The notes under the pieces: model-generated
The model's input: only the letters and a program-made list of their open reading frames with translations
Database searches by the model: none
What the model was told of the DNA's origin: nothing
Translations under genes and position numbers: made by a program
From: Sarea resinae
Taxonomy: Eukaryota
DNA: 64,000 bases
Assembly: GCA_026026165.1 (NCBI GenBank)
Contig: JAPEUD010000044.1
Location: forward strand, 62,001 to 126,000
Reading direction: 5' to 3'
Shown here: piece by piece, positions 12,618 to 24,564 of the stretch
Position numbering within the stretch: position 1 is the first letter of the stretch
Layout of the letters: every line of letters starts with the position of its first letter

Positions 12618-14152
12618 ATGGCCTCCATCATGCTTCGATCGATGTTACGACCAACGGTTCAACTAAGCAGTAGACGCCATGCGACCCAGCTCCTGCGAGC
12701 CGCATCCACAAAACATCCTAAAGGATTCGTGCCACCAGCACCCGAAGACCTTGCGGAGTTGAGAGAACGCGCCCAAGGATTCACCAGTGAGCTTCAGTAC
12801 TCCTCGTGGAGACTAATTCGATGCTGAGGCGATATAGGGCGAGAGATTTCCGAGGACGTCGCCGCCAGGACAGACAAGACAAATGAATTTCCAATGGAGA
12901 TGTGGCGAAAACTTGGTGATGCGGGGTATGCATGGGACTCTTGGTGTTTTATTACTGTAGCTTGCTGATGCCCTGAAGATTCCTGGGTATTACCGCCGAC
13001 GAGGATTATGGAGGGCTGGCGATGGGCTACCAAGCACACTGTATCGTCATGGAAGAGCTGAGCAGAGCATCAGGTACGTCGAGATATCACAAGAGCAAGC
13101 ATTTTGGGCTCACCATGTCAGGGAGTATTGGGCTGTCGTATTCCGCACACTCGCAATTATGTATCAATCAACTGTCACTCAATGGGTCGCTGGAGCAGAA
13201 AAAGAGATTCCTACCAGGCCTGATCTCCGGAGAGAAAATCGGAGCTTTGGCCATGTCGGAACACTCTGCTGGCTCGGATGTGGTGAGCATGCGGGCAACC
13301 GCCGAAGCAGTCGATGGTGGATGGCTGCTCAACGGGACCAAGATGTGGATCACCAATGTAAGAAGATTCCCTCCAGTCTTGGAAAGCTGCTAACATCTCC
13401 ATATAGGGCCCGGATGCGGACTACATCATTGTTTATGCCAAGACGGAGCCCGAGAAGGGATCCAGAGGTATGTCTGCATTTGTAGTGGACGGGACGGCCA
13501 AGGGTTTCTCAGTTGCTAGAAAGCTTGATAAGCTCGGCATGAGAGGATCCAACACCGGGGAATTGGTATTCGACGACGTCTTTGTACCTAAGGAGAATTT
13601 GCTGGGAGAAGTCAATCGGGGAGTGAGGGTCCTCATGGAAGGCTTGGATATCGAAAGGCTAGTGCTGAGTGCCGGACCGCTTGGGTGAGTCTCGTCAGAC
13701 CCAACGAATATCTCAAAGGAGAAGCTTATCGTGTGGTTCCCAGCATTATGCAAGCAGCCATGGATCTCGTGCTCCCGTATACGCATCAGCGAAAACAATT
13801 TGACCAGCCACTGGCCCATAACCAGTTCATCCAGGGCAAGCTGGCTGACATGTATACGAAATTGGAGGCGTCACGATCCTACACTTACGCCACCGCAAGA
13901 CGGGTCGATGAAGAAGGCGTTGTGAGAACGCAGGACTGTGCTGGTGCTATACTGTACGCCGCAGAGAGGGCGACGGAGTGTAGCCTGGACGCCATTCAAC
14001 TGCTGGGTGGAAATGGCTACGTAAATGAATTGCCAGCCGGGCGGCTCCTGCGGGATGCCAAACTTTACGAGATCGGCGCTGGCACGAGCGAGATTCGCAG
14101 AATGGTCATTGGTCGAGCTTTCAACAAAGAATATCGGGACCAGGTATTATAG
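12618..14152 (+). CDS. ivdA: Isovaleryl-CoA dehydrogenase, mitochondrial; 6 exons
   Basis: Presequence [12 protein letters not shown]. Acyl-CoA dehydrogenase motifs [89 protein letters not shown]. Confidence 0.95.
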
Positions 14153-14365
14153 CATCAGGATGGGCAAAGTGAGCAGCTCAGGATAGGTACTCATTTGAAG
14201 TGAATTGGGTCTACGCATAGATAGAGGCGCTTGAGTAATGAACTACTATCTCATTTCTTATGCTGAGATCCTCGTTTGGGGTTCCTCATGCGCTAAGCCA
14301 GCCCATCCATAGCATGGAAGAAACCCGATGCAGACACGCCAGTATAAAAGAATGTTCCAACCCAG

Positions 14366-15419
14366 TCAATTGTGCTCATTACGTCCTTTCGTGGGCTTCC
14401 TGTTCTCTACTAAATCCTCCTTCACCGAGCCCCTACCCTTTGCGTATCGACTAGACCTAGCTCGCGTCCGGCTAGGATCCGATTCGTCTGGTCCTGAAGA
14501 TTTCTGGATTGACGTCCTGTTCTCCTCGCGAACAGCAGTGTTGCTTTTCCTAGAACGAGTCTCGCGACTAGATGAAGGAGGCTTCGGTTTCAGCACATCT
14601 CGCGACCTTTTGCTATCAACAGCCGAAGCATCGGGGTCGGATATGGGCCGCTTGCGTTTTCCTTTGGCCAATGGCAATGATGCTTCAGCTTCGAGATTTG
14701 ATTCTGGTTCTTGACTTATAATTGGTCTCTTCCGCCCAGGCACGGATTTCTTTGCCCTCGGGTTCTTCCGGGAACCTTTAACAACAGAATTAGGTTGTGG
14801 GGCGCGATCTTGGTCGGAATTCGTCTGCGAGGGCATGACTCCGAATTTTGTCCTCCAGTCTTTCAGAAGGGCTACATGTTCACCCGAATCAGGATCCAGA
14901 CGAGGGCCTCTCTCCGCATCACCTCCAGACCTCCATCTCACTATAGAGGCCGGTTGTTTGACCTCTTTTCTGACCTCGCTTTCATGGAGCCGTGTCTCAT
15001 GAGTCCGTGACTTGGACGGCTCCTTTGTAGCAGAGAGCTTCTGCCTCTTTCTTCCATCTTCTGGAACCTGGAGTTTCCGCTTCTGTCCTGTTTCGGCTTC
15101 CGATTTCATACCATCGCCCAGCTCTTGGTAATTGGCCGGCCGTCCATTGTCATAGTAGTCATCAGAATAGTATTCCCAATCGCTCCAGTAGTCAGCGAAG
15201 CCATCTGCTGGGTCGGCCTCCTGCCAGACGGGCGAGTGCATAGTATGCTCGGCAAGATCATCCTGAGTGGCGGTGTCAGCAGAAGGATGGACCATTTAGG
15301 CGCGTGGCAAGCTCAAAGAAGCAGAGGGCGCCGATACTTACGGCGAGATCCAAAGGCCCGTCTTCCAAATAGTAGTATTCGTCTTCATCGTCATCGAAGT
15401 AGTCCTCGAAGTCCGACAT
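14366..15419 (-). CDS. Hypothetical protein with an acidic/aromatic N-terminus and a basic low-complexity C-terminus; 2 exons (15419-15342, 15262-14366)
   Basis: Exon 1 (MSDFEDYFDDDEDEYYYLEDGPLDLA) is joined by a 79-nt gtaagt..cag intron to the long ORF 14366-15295 (DDLAEHTMHSPVW...YWSDWEYYSDDYYD...VALLKDWR). Confidence 0.8.
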
Positions 15420-16404
15420 GTTTCTTTCCGTTGGCGCGAAGCACGAGCGTAGAACGGCTTTCCGGTGTTTTAAGCGTCCAAGTCTATAGTGGATTTGGAC
15501 GGTCTATGGCCCATGGTGATTCCAGGTTTCACATAGCCGTTGGCGCATCGACGTGCGAAGCGCGTCTAAGAAGTTGTTGATGATGCCAAGACGAAGAAGG
15601 CAGCCGTCAGACATGCGTTACTACTTCGTAGTCATGCCTGGCGCCGAAGTGAGCTCGGAACTGAAAGACCTGGAAGGGGCAAAGGGAAATCGAAGGTAAA
15701 AGATGGACCCTGTACTCGGTACACCAGTAATGACGGGAATACTCAGGTAGGCAGGCAATGATTCCCAAAGATAGGTGAAGCTGGTCCTCGGAAGCATTTC
15801 GAATTCGGATTGGGTTGGTTACCTAAGCCCTAAGACGTCCGATCATCATCCAGGTACGGTACAGGGCATGCTGAGAGTCTGCAGTACGAGGAACGGTACC
15901 GTGTACTATACTTAGCAGTACCTCATTTCCCACTCTGGCGTCCACGGTAGCTCCGTACTCCGGAGTAGCTAGATGGGTACACAGTACTACGGAGTACTCT
16001 GTGCATCAGGGTCCGGCCTTCGAGAGTCTAGACGCGGGGTCAGAGTAGAGGGATGCTCTTCCCCGCGAATTCGCTTACAGTCGGCTCTTCCGCCGTCCAA
16101 GGTCGTTCACTCTCTCTCTCTCCTGCTCCGACCAATTCAGGGCTATCAATACTAGTCCCAGCTGCTTCGAAGGGTTTGGACGTCTTCTGTCGTCCGCCGC
16201 GTTCTGTTGCTTCCAGATGCATACTTCATGAGCGCAGCCGCCATCATCATTAGACTTCTCTCGTCGTCCTTCGGAACCGATCCGTGCTGTCTTTGCATGC
16301 AAGGAACGGCTCTCGACCTCGGCCCACCCTTTGAAAAATCCCTTCAATTCCAAGCTTGCTATTCACAGCCGATCTGATCTCTCTCTCGAGAGTCAAAGAC
16401 CTGG

Positions 16405-18834
16405 ATGTCGCTTCGCCCGGCATTTCGTCGCCCACATAACTGGGGAAGGCGTCTGCAATCGCCGGCACTCGGCTCCAACAGAAGATGTAACTCAACCGTG
16501 AGCAATGCCCAACCGACAACCACGCCGCTGGAGTCCATCTTGATCGCCAATCGCGGCGAGATAGCTCTGTAAGTGACAGACGTCATCAACGCCGCTGCCA
16601 ATTCAAAACTCATGCGCGACGTCGACTTGTAGACGTGTGGGCAAGACAGCTTCAGCCCTAGGTGTTCGCACCACCACTCTCTACACTGATCCCGACGCCC
16701 ATTCTCAGCATGCATTGAGTTCTCCGTACGCGATCAACCTCGGCGACCCATCCGCGTATCTTGACGGAGACCGCATTATAGAGGTTGCGAAGAGGGAAGG
16801 CTGTGGAGGAATCCATCCCGGTTATGGCTTTGTTTGTTCCCCCTCTTGGGCCGCAAGACCGTAGCTGCCCGGAACAAGTCTGATCTGTATACAGTTGAGT
16901 GAGAACTCCGCATTTGCCAAGAAGTGCACCGAGGCAGGATTGGTGTTTATCGGGCCGCCATGGAAAGCCATCGAGGCAATGGGCAACAAGAGGTTTGGGA
17001 GACTGGCATCCTTACCACATGGCTGAAGTACTGATAGTCTTTAGTCGTTCCAAGGATATCATGATCGCAGCCGGAGTCCCTTGCATTCCTGGCTACCATG
17101 GGTCTGAACAGGATCCACAGTACCTCAAACAGGAGGCTGGCAAGATCGGTTATCCAGTCCTCCTCAAGGCAGTCAAAGGTGGCGGCGGAAAAGGCATGCG
17201 CATCGTCCGCTCCGCCGACGCCTTTGACGCTCAACTCACCTCCGCGAAGTCAGAAGCACGGAACTCTTTCGGGGACGATGTGATGCTGGTTGAGAAATAT
17301 ATCACTACGCCGCGACATATCGAAGTTCAGGTGTTCGCTGATAAACATGGAAATTGTGTGGCTTTGGGCGAGAGGGATTGCAGTATTCAACGCCGACATC
17401 AAAAGATCCTAGAGGAGTCTCCGGCACCTCACTTGGAACAAGCTCGAGAGGACCTATGGGACAAGGCGCGTGCTGCAGCTCTGGCTGTAGGTTACGAAGG
17501 CGCTGGCACGGTCGAATTCATTTTCGATAATGAGTCGGGGAGTTTCTTTTTCATGGAAATGAATACGAGACTACAAGTCGAACATCCCGTCACGGAAATG
17601 GTGACAGGTGAAGACTTGGTTCGATGGCAGCTTATCGTGGCAGAGGGAGGTGAATTACCCCTTAGCCAAGAAGAAATAGCAGTGAGGATTGCAGAGAGAG
17701 GCTGGGGGATAGAAGCCAGAATCTATGCCGAAAATCCAGATCTGTAAGCATGGAAATTTTGCCCGGGTGCGATGTCTTCTGCTGACTGCTCAGAAACTTC
17801 ATTCCCGATTCTGGCCGTTTGATCCACCTACGCACACCCACACCTACTGACACTGTTCGCATTGATGCCGGCTTCACCGTGGGCGACGAGATCTCGTCTT
17901 TCTATGATCCCATGATCGCCAAACTCATTGTACGAGGACCAACGCGTCAGGCAGCTATTCAAAAGCTTCGCGCAGCGCTTGCGCAGTACGAAGTGGCCGG
18001 GCCCATTACGAATATAGAGTTCCTGAAGAAGCTTTGCAGTAGTCCTGCGTTTGTTGCCGGTGAAGTCGAGACAGGATATATCGAAAAGCACCACAATGAA
18101 TTATTCGCTCGCCCTACGACGGAAAATGAAGTATTTGCACAGGCAGCCCTGGGGCTTTTACTGCAGGAAATCAAAGAGCATAAAGGAGAAGGCGCATCGC
18201 TATTGCGAGGAGCCGCCGCCGGCTTCTATCCGAGCTTTCAACAGCGCCGATTTTGCTTAGCTGAGCCGGCCCTCGACGGAGCGTCGGACAGCCGCGAATC
18301 AAACGTTGAGATACATCAGACCGCCTCAGACAGGTTCGATATTACTGTGGACGGCGTAGAACATTCTAACGTCACTTGCAAGCTGGATTCTGCGACTAAC
18401 ATCCTGACGAGCTTCTTTCCCAATACGAGATTGGAGACCACGATCATTCGAGATGGGGATGAAGTAACGCTCTTTCAGCGTGGAAAGCAGTACAGGCTCT
18501 CGTGTGTCACGCCTAAATGGGCGGAGAAAGCGCTCGGGATCAAAGAAGTGACGAATAGCGTTTTGGCTCCCATGCCGTGCAAAGTCCTCCGCGTCGATGT
18601 GGAGGAAGGCCAGACGGTGGAAAAAGACCAGCCTTTGGTGGTGATAGAAAGCATGAAGATGGAGACCGTCATTCGAAGCCCTCATGAAGGTGTCATTGCG
18701 AAGATCATACACCGCCAAGGAGTACGCAGTCCTACCCGTCGGCAGATGAATGTGAGCTTTTGCTAACGCGAAACCCAAATTAGGATCTGTGTAAAGCAGG
18801 AACCGCGCTCGTGGAGTTTGAAGCCTCGGAATAG
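16405..18834 (+). CDS. mccA: 3-methylcrotonyl-CoA carboxylase alpha (biotin carboxylase/biotin carrier) subunit; 6 exons
   Basis: Presequence [10 protein letters not shown]. Motifs [67 protein letters not shown] and the biotinylation motif ESMKM. Ends [11 protein letters not shown]. Confidence 0.96.
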
Positions 18835-19889
18835 TAGGGGCTGCCGGCCCAGTTAGCTGTCCGCCAAGGAGCGGCGGCCAGGCCTTGTGAGGGTAGTTTC
18901 GTCAGGGAAGGTTGTGGTCACAGCATCGTTGCAGATATATCCGTGAACCTCTATTGTGTGCAGCACTATGGTCGAGGAAGTCGCTAGAGATCTGTAATAT
19001 CTTCATAGCGCGAGCGTCAGTCAGCATCGATGTTGAGCGGTGTTCGTTTCATGTTCCCGGGCGCGTATCGCTCTCTCGTCATCGTAGACAGTTGTATCGT
19101 GCCGGATCCACTTGACGAATCTAGCCTTCGCGGAGCTTTGATTCCATCCATGGCCAAGCCACATGGACTGAAATGGCACTGAAACTTACCCGGCGAAACC
19201 GTAAATGGAATCAGGGTCGAGTGGTTCTGTGGGCGCAAACCGTTTTACTTGATGTTCCGGGCTATTTGTGGAGATGGTCGGCAGCGAGCAGAGTAGAAGT
19301 ACCTCGCCCAGACGCTACGATGGCAGGGAAACAAAGTACCAGCACTTATGCGGCCGCTGGCTCAGGCGCTTCAGGTCCCCAGGGTCCAGCCGGATCATTA
19401 TGTGTCAGATCTGTCCAGGGTCTCGCTACCACTCATTGGTACGCATTTCTACTGCTGCCAAACAATGCCAAACAATGCCAAACCACGGACAATGTAGGAA
19501 GCATCGTGAGCTGGGATAATGTAGCTTCCGCTTTGTCGAGGTGCTCTCATATGGCTTGCGCGACCCTTCATGACGGACTATATAAATCTCTCAATCTTCC
19601 TTTGTCTTGAGCATTGTCATCCCCACAGCAACAACATCGCAGGCTGGACATTTGTGGTCGAACATTCCTCATCCCGAATTTTTTTCTTTGTTTCGATTTT
19701 GCCATTAATAGATAATCCATTCATTCCAGCGGCTGGTTCGCGATTCACAAACATTGTCCAAAGCATCAATCAAAGAACAGCTTTCTCGCGATTCGTGGAT
19801 TCCATCATTCATTAAGGCTCATAAACATACCTATTTATACCTCTGTCCCGACGACTCGAATTTCCAGTTTCGAAAGCAAAATCACCACT

Positions 19890-20494
19890 ATGGGCCTAAA
19901 GGACCACGTACCAGCGAGCAGCGGGCTGCTCGGATTCATCTTTCGTGCCACTTTGAGATTCCTCCAGTTTGTCCTGGCCATAGCCGTCGCCGGTCTCTAC
20001 GGACAAGACCTCAACGACCCCAAAGATATTGGAAAGGGCGCGCATCCGAAATGGGTTCGTAATTCGTACCCCTACTTTATGAACCAATTGAGTTGCTGAC
20101 CAATTTCCCATCAGGTATACGCCGAAGTCGTCTCGGGTCTCTCTGCGTTGACGTGTGCCATTTACACGATTCCTTTGGTTAGAGCCTATATTTTCTTTGC
20201 TTGGGACACCATACTTTTGTAAGTCTGAAAGGATTCCGAGATGTTAGGATCCGCGGCCACTAGCTAACCAGATGACATACTAGTATCCTATGGCTTGCCC
20301 TCTTCGGCATCTTTGGGAAGATTTATATCCATGAACATTCCGACGGTGACGGCGGGGTACAACGGATGAAGAACGCTGTTTGGGTTGTGCTTGTCAACAT
20401 GCTGCTGTGGGCGCTCAGTGCTACCTACGGCGCGGCCATATTTTCGAAATCCCGTCGTGTCAAGTCAATTGATGTGGGCCATTCTGTTGTGTGA
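19890..20494 (+). CDS. MARVEL-domain four-TM membrane protein; 3 exons
   Basis: LRFLQFVLAIAVAGLYGQDL...KW|VYAEVVSGLSALT...FAWDTILF|ILWLALFGIFGKIY...RMKNAVWVVLVNMLLW; TGA at 20492-20494. Confidence 0.85.
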
Positions 20495-22041
20495 AATTGC
20501 GGATGGGATACGTCATGATCGTCGTACTTCCTGGGGTTCGTTAAGGAAGAAAAGGCATCTCGGGGAGATAATCAAGCGGGTGATCCACTCTTATCGGTTG
20601 GTAGAAAGTCTGCGATAGGCGGCAAGAGGCCAATACAGCTCATTGTAACCAATGCGATTTGCGAGACTGACGTCGTATTTGAAAAGCCCGTTGAGGACGG
20701 GACATAGTTTGGACGATAATGCCATAGTTTGATGCGATAAGCATGAAAGGGGGGGGGATAAGACGATGATCGATAAACGTAGGCGAGATTACCTCAGCCT
20801 TTGACGCAATGGTGCAGTCCAACCGATGTCGATCGGATTCAAGGATCTGCCTTTGAAGATAACAATCGAATATGTACGTACTTCGTACTGCTTGTATCTC
20901 CTGCTGTACTATGAGTACGAGCAAGTACCTCAAGTACCTGACCCTAACGCTTTCGTAGGCTGGATCCGAGAGATCGAGAGATCGAGAGATCCCTACCCAG
21001 TACTGTACTCGTAAAGAGAAAGAATCGTGCCTGACAAATTGTGACAATAGCAGAACAATGACAAGAAACACTGCCAAGCATGAGGAGGGTCGATGTCAAT
21101 GGAAAGAGATATCTAAGGGTGCCTAACTTACCGTTCTGGAGAAGCAATTGCTGGGCAAAAATTGAATATAACAGTTCGCAAGTCGATGACATACAGGGGT
21201 GGAGGTTAAGACTTTCCTGGGTGGGTAAGGGCAAGCGTTGCGCGTCGGTGCCGTCGGTGCGTCGGAGTATCGAAATGTCGGGAGGTGTTCCTCTACGCGT
21301 GGGGTTTCTGCTCGGGAATCTCCATACGGGACTGTAGCTTAAGGTAGGTAGGGTAGGTGGACATTTACAACCCTCCATCAGCTCATGCTCTGGGCTCCAG
21401 GAGCAGACTCAATGAGGAAGGTTGAGCAGATTCTCTACTGAGTCTTGCCGCTCTGTACGAGAACATGTGAAGCAGAAGCCTTTCTCCACGCTACATAGTA
21501 CTTCGTAGGTGCGAGGCACGGCGAGGTAGAGTAATGGATCAAATGGATTGATGGACATACCTAAGGGAAGGTACCGCAGTATTGGATGCAGCAAGGACGC
21601 CCTGAGGCCCCTAAGAAACCTTACCAAGTAGCTTTTACTGGGGCACCTAATTTAGTGGTCGGCGCCGGATGTCCCTGAATGCCACCACCGCCCATCACCT
21701 CCTGCTGCCCCAGCTCCTCCAGTGGATACTTACCGCTTCTCGTCTTCCGGCTCCCCCGGCCCTCCAATAATTTCGCGAACCCCCCACATGACCCCCCAAG
21801 GCCCTCCACTTTGGCGAACATAGGGCGCAGTAGTACCGCGCCTTCATCCACCCCCAGCGATCTCACTACGAGTTAGGTCAGAGGTACCGAGCTGTTAGCT
21901 CAGGGATGTGACCAAGCGAGCTGCTGTCTCCAGGGTTGGCACGATCCTCCCTCCCTAAAGTAAGTCTCGTGGACGGTCCCAGGTTGAAAAAAAAAAAGAT
22001 ATTTCAAGCACACCAAGAACAGTAACCTTGGTAGTAGCCAT

Positions 22042-22103
22042 GGCCGTCCTGGTAGTCGTCCTCGTAGTCGTCCTGGTAGTCGTCCTCGTCGCCGTCGCCG
22101 TCG
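22042..22103. repeat. Imperfect 12-bp tandem repeat (GTCCT[G/C]GTAGTC)x~4 followed by GTCGCC repeats
   Basis: ggccgtcctggtagtcgtcctcgtagtcgtcctggtagtcgtcctcgtcgccgtcgccgtcg read directly from the sequence. Confidence 0.85.
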
Positions 22104-23279
22104 TTGACGTTCTAGCGCTACTGTAAAAATGAGACAGCACGAGAGGATAGTCGTACCATCTTGCAACAGAAATAAAATAGAAGGCCGGCGCAGATGACAG
22201 GCTAGCAGGGCGCAATACGTCCGCGCTGGCAGCTCTCCTTACTGAGTACGGTATGTACAAGATCTGATGCCCTTGGCCCTGGGAACAACAGAAGAAGCAA
22301 GCACTCAATTGCTGACATGGATGATGGATGCACACACCGCCACGACCGTCGAGTTCCTGCTACTGACCACCTAGCACCTCGAGCTACCCCGTTGACTACC
22401 TGCCTGCCCTACCTTACCTTACTCGAGTATTGCCACTACCGCCACTACAACCACTCCAGCTTTCACTCCTATCAAACCAAGGTACCAACTCCCAACCTTG
22501 CTGGACAGATCAGACTGTTCGGCCAAGCATGCCACCTTCGTGCCGGCAGACAGACACGTTGTTCTCAATGGAAGTCTCTTCATCGTCTCCTTCCGTGCCC
22601 CCGCGGGGAGACACTATGGACCTTCCAGGTTACCTACCTACCGGTACCTTCTGTCTCCTGCTACTGCTCTACGGAGCCGGCCTTTGATACTTGGCGACTT
22701 CAAACAATGAATGACTGACCGTGAATCAATCCCATGATCCCTATCCGATCCCGCCTTGCCATGAATAGCATCGGCCATCGCAATCTCCCTTGTTCCAGGT
22801 GAGGCATAATAACGAAGCGGACTCGTAAAAGGAAAATGTAGACGTGTGACCAGTCAGACCAGCTCAGGTTGCCCTACGTCAAGATTTCCATTGCAACCGA
22901 CGATCCTCGCGCGGAAAGAGGAACGCACTGGTGCTTGTAATCCCTGGAGCCGCGCGGGAGCGCAACATTGACAGTTTATTACACTGGCACATTCCAACCC
23001 ATTCCAACCCATATATCTCAATACCATATTCACTCTTCTGTTGCGGACAATTCATTCACCTGGTGGGCTCAGTCTCGACTCAATCCAACCTTTGTCTGCC
23101 ACAATCTTCACACCTACCGTCCTAACCAATTGCTATCAACGCAGTTGCCCATTCACCTCCGCAATAGTAATTTTTCCTCGTACCGTCGCGACCACGCACT
23201 ACATTCGCACACACTCGTACTGCATCCTCTGACCCTCAAACCTCTTTATCCAAATTTTCACATTCCTCAACCCATCATC

Positions 23280-24564
23280 ATGTTCAAACCTCAAATCTTT
23301 CGTCATGCTTCGAGAGCTGTCTCTGCCACCGCTCCTCGAGCGCAAGCCACTACCGTCCGTGCGGCATATCCTGCTCAGAATTTCCTGAGACAGATCTTCA
23401 CTACTCGTCCAGTCCTCAAGGATGAGACGAAGGATGTTTCCCCAGGTGCCACCACCGAAGCTGAGGAGTTGCTGGAGGGTGCTTATGCACGTACCGACAA
23501 CACCGTCAGAGTCGAGTACCCTGATGAGGAGGATCTTCCTCAGTCCAAGCCCGTTCAGGGTCGAGGAGGCATGCACTTCAAACGAACCCTCGCGTCGTTC
23601 TCCTTGGAAGGGAAAGTAGGTGTTGTCACAGGCGGTGCCAGAGGCCTCGGTCTGGTGATGAGCCAGGCTTTGGTCGTCAGTGGAGCGGATGTCGCGATTG
23701 TCGACCTTAACAGTGAGTGGCCACTTAATCCAACCTTTTGAGATCTTTCAGCACAGAACGCTAATACAAGAGTACCTTATTCTAGAGGAAGAAGCCGAGC
23801 GACAAGCACACGAGCTCGAAGCAGCTTTCCTGAAAGAAAACCCAGGAGCAGAAAAGTGAGTGGTAATATATCTTTAGTTTGAATGATCTGTACTAATTCA
23901 TCATAGGGTTCCGAAAATCACGGCACATTATGCGGACGTCTCTAACCCGGCCTCTGTGGACGAGGCTATTGCCGATATTATCAAGGACCATGGGAAAATC
24001 GACAATCTGGTGACCTCTGCTGGATTCACCGAGAATTTCGATGCAATTTCATATCCTCATGATCGGATGCAGAAGCTTTGGGGCGTCAATGTTGATGGCA
24101 CCTACCTCTTTGCCGTGGGCGTCGCGAAGCATCTGATGGAGCGCCAATCCGGTGGCAGCATCATCTTCATTGGAAGCATGTCAGGCGCCATTGTCAATGT
24201 ACCACAACCGCAAGCACCCTACAATGCCGCCAAGGCCGCTGTCCGACAGTTGGCTGCGAGTTTGGCAGTCGAATGGGCGCACGCCGACATTCGGGTCAAC
24301 TGCATCAGCCCCGGTTACATGCTGACAGCATTGTAAGTCACTCGTCATGATTAGCTATATCTCTGGCTGACAGCTTTTACTAGGACTAAGAAGATTCTGG
24401 AGGACAACCCGGACCTCAAGCGTCAATGGGTGTCTCTTATCCCCCAGGGTAAGATGGGACAGCCGGAAGATCTCATGGGTGCTGTCGTCCTGCTGGCCAG
24501 CGATGCTAGCAAGTACATGACTGGAGCAGATCTGAGGGTTGACGGCGGCTACACTCTGACTTAG
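23280..24564 (+). CDS. Short-chain dehydrogenase/reductase (D-arabinitol 2-dehydrogenase / sorbose reductase-like) with a mitochondrial-type N-terminal extension; 4 exons
   Basis: [10 protein letters not shown] (Rossmann TGxxxGxG), LVTSAG, IGSMSG, YNAAKAA (YxxxK), [30 protein letters not shown]. Confidence 0.9.

Noticed and set aside
14150..14203. Stop-codon readthrough of ivdA (TAG C) to create a peroxisomal isoform
   Set aside because: The extension ends in ...THLK*, which is not a PTS1, and the context is not the TGA-CTA readthrough motif.
22042..22103. Tandem repeat as a CRISPR-like array or a dikaritin/KEP RiPP precursor
   Set aside because: No unique spacers and the context is eukaryotic. 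There is no signal peptide, Kex2 KR site or neighbouring DUF3328/UstYa gene.
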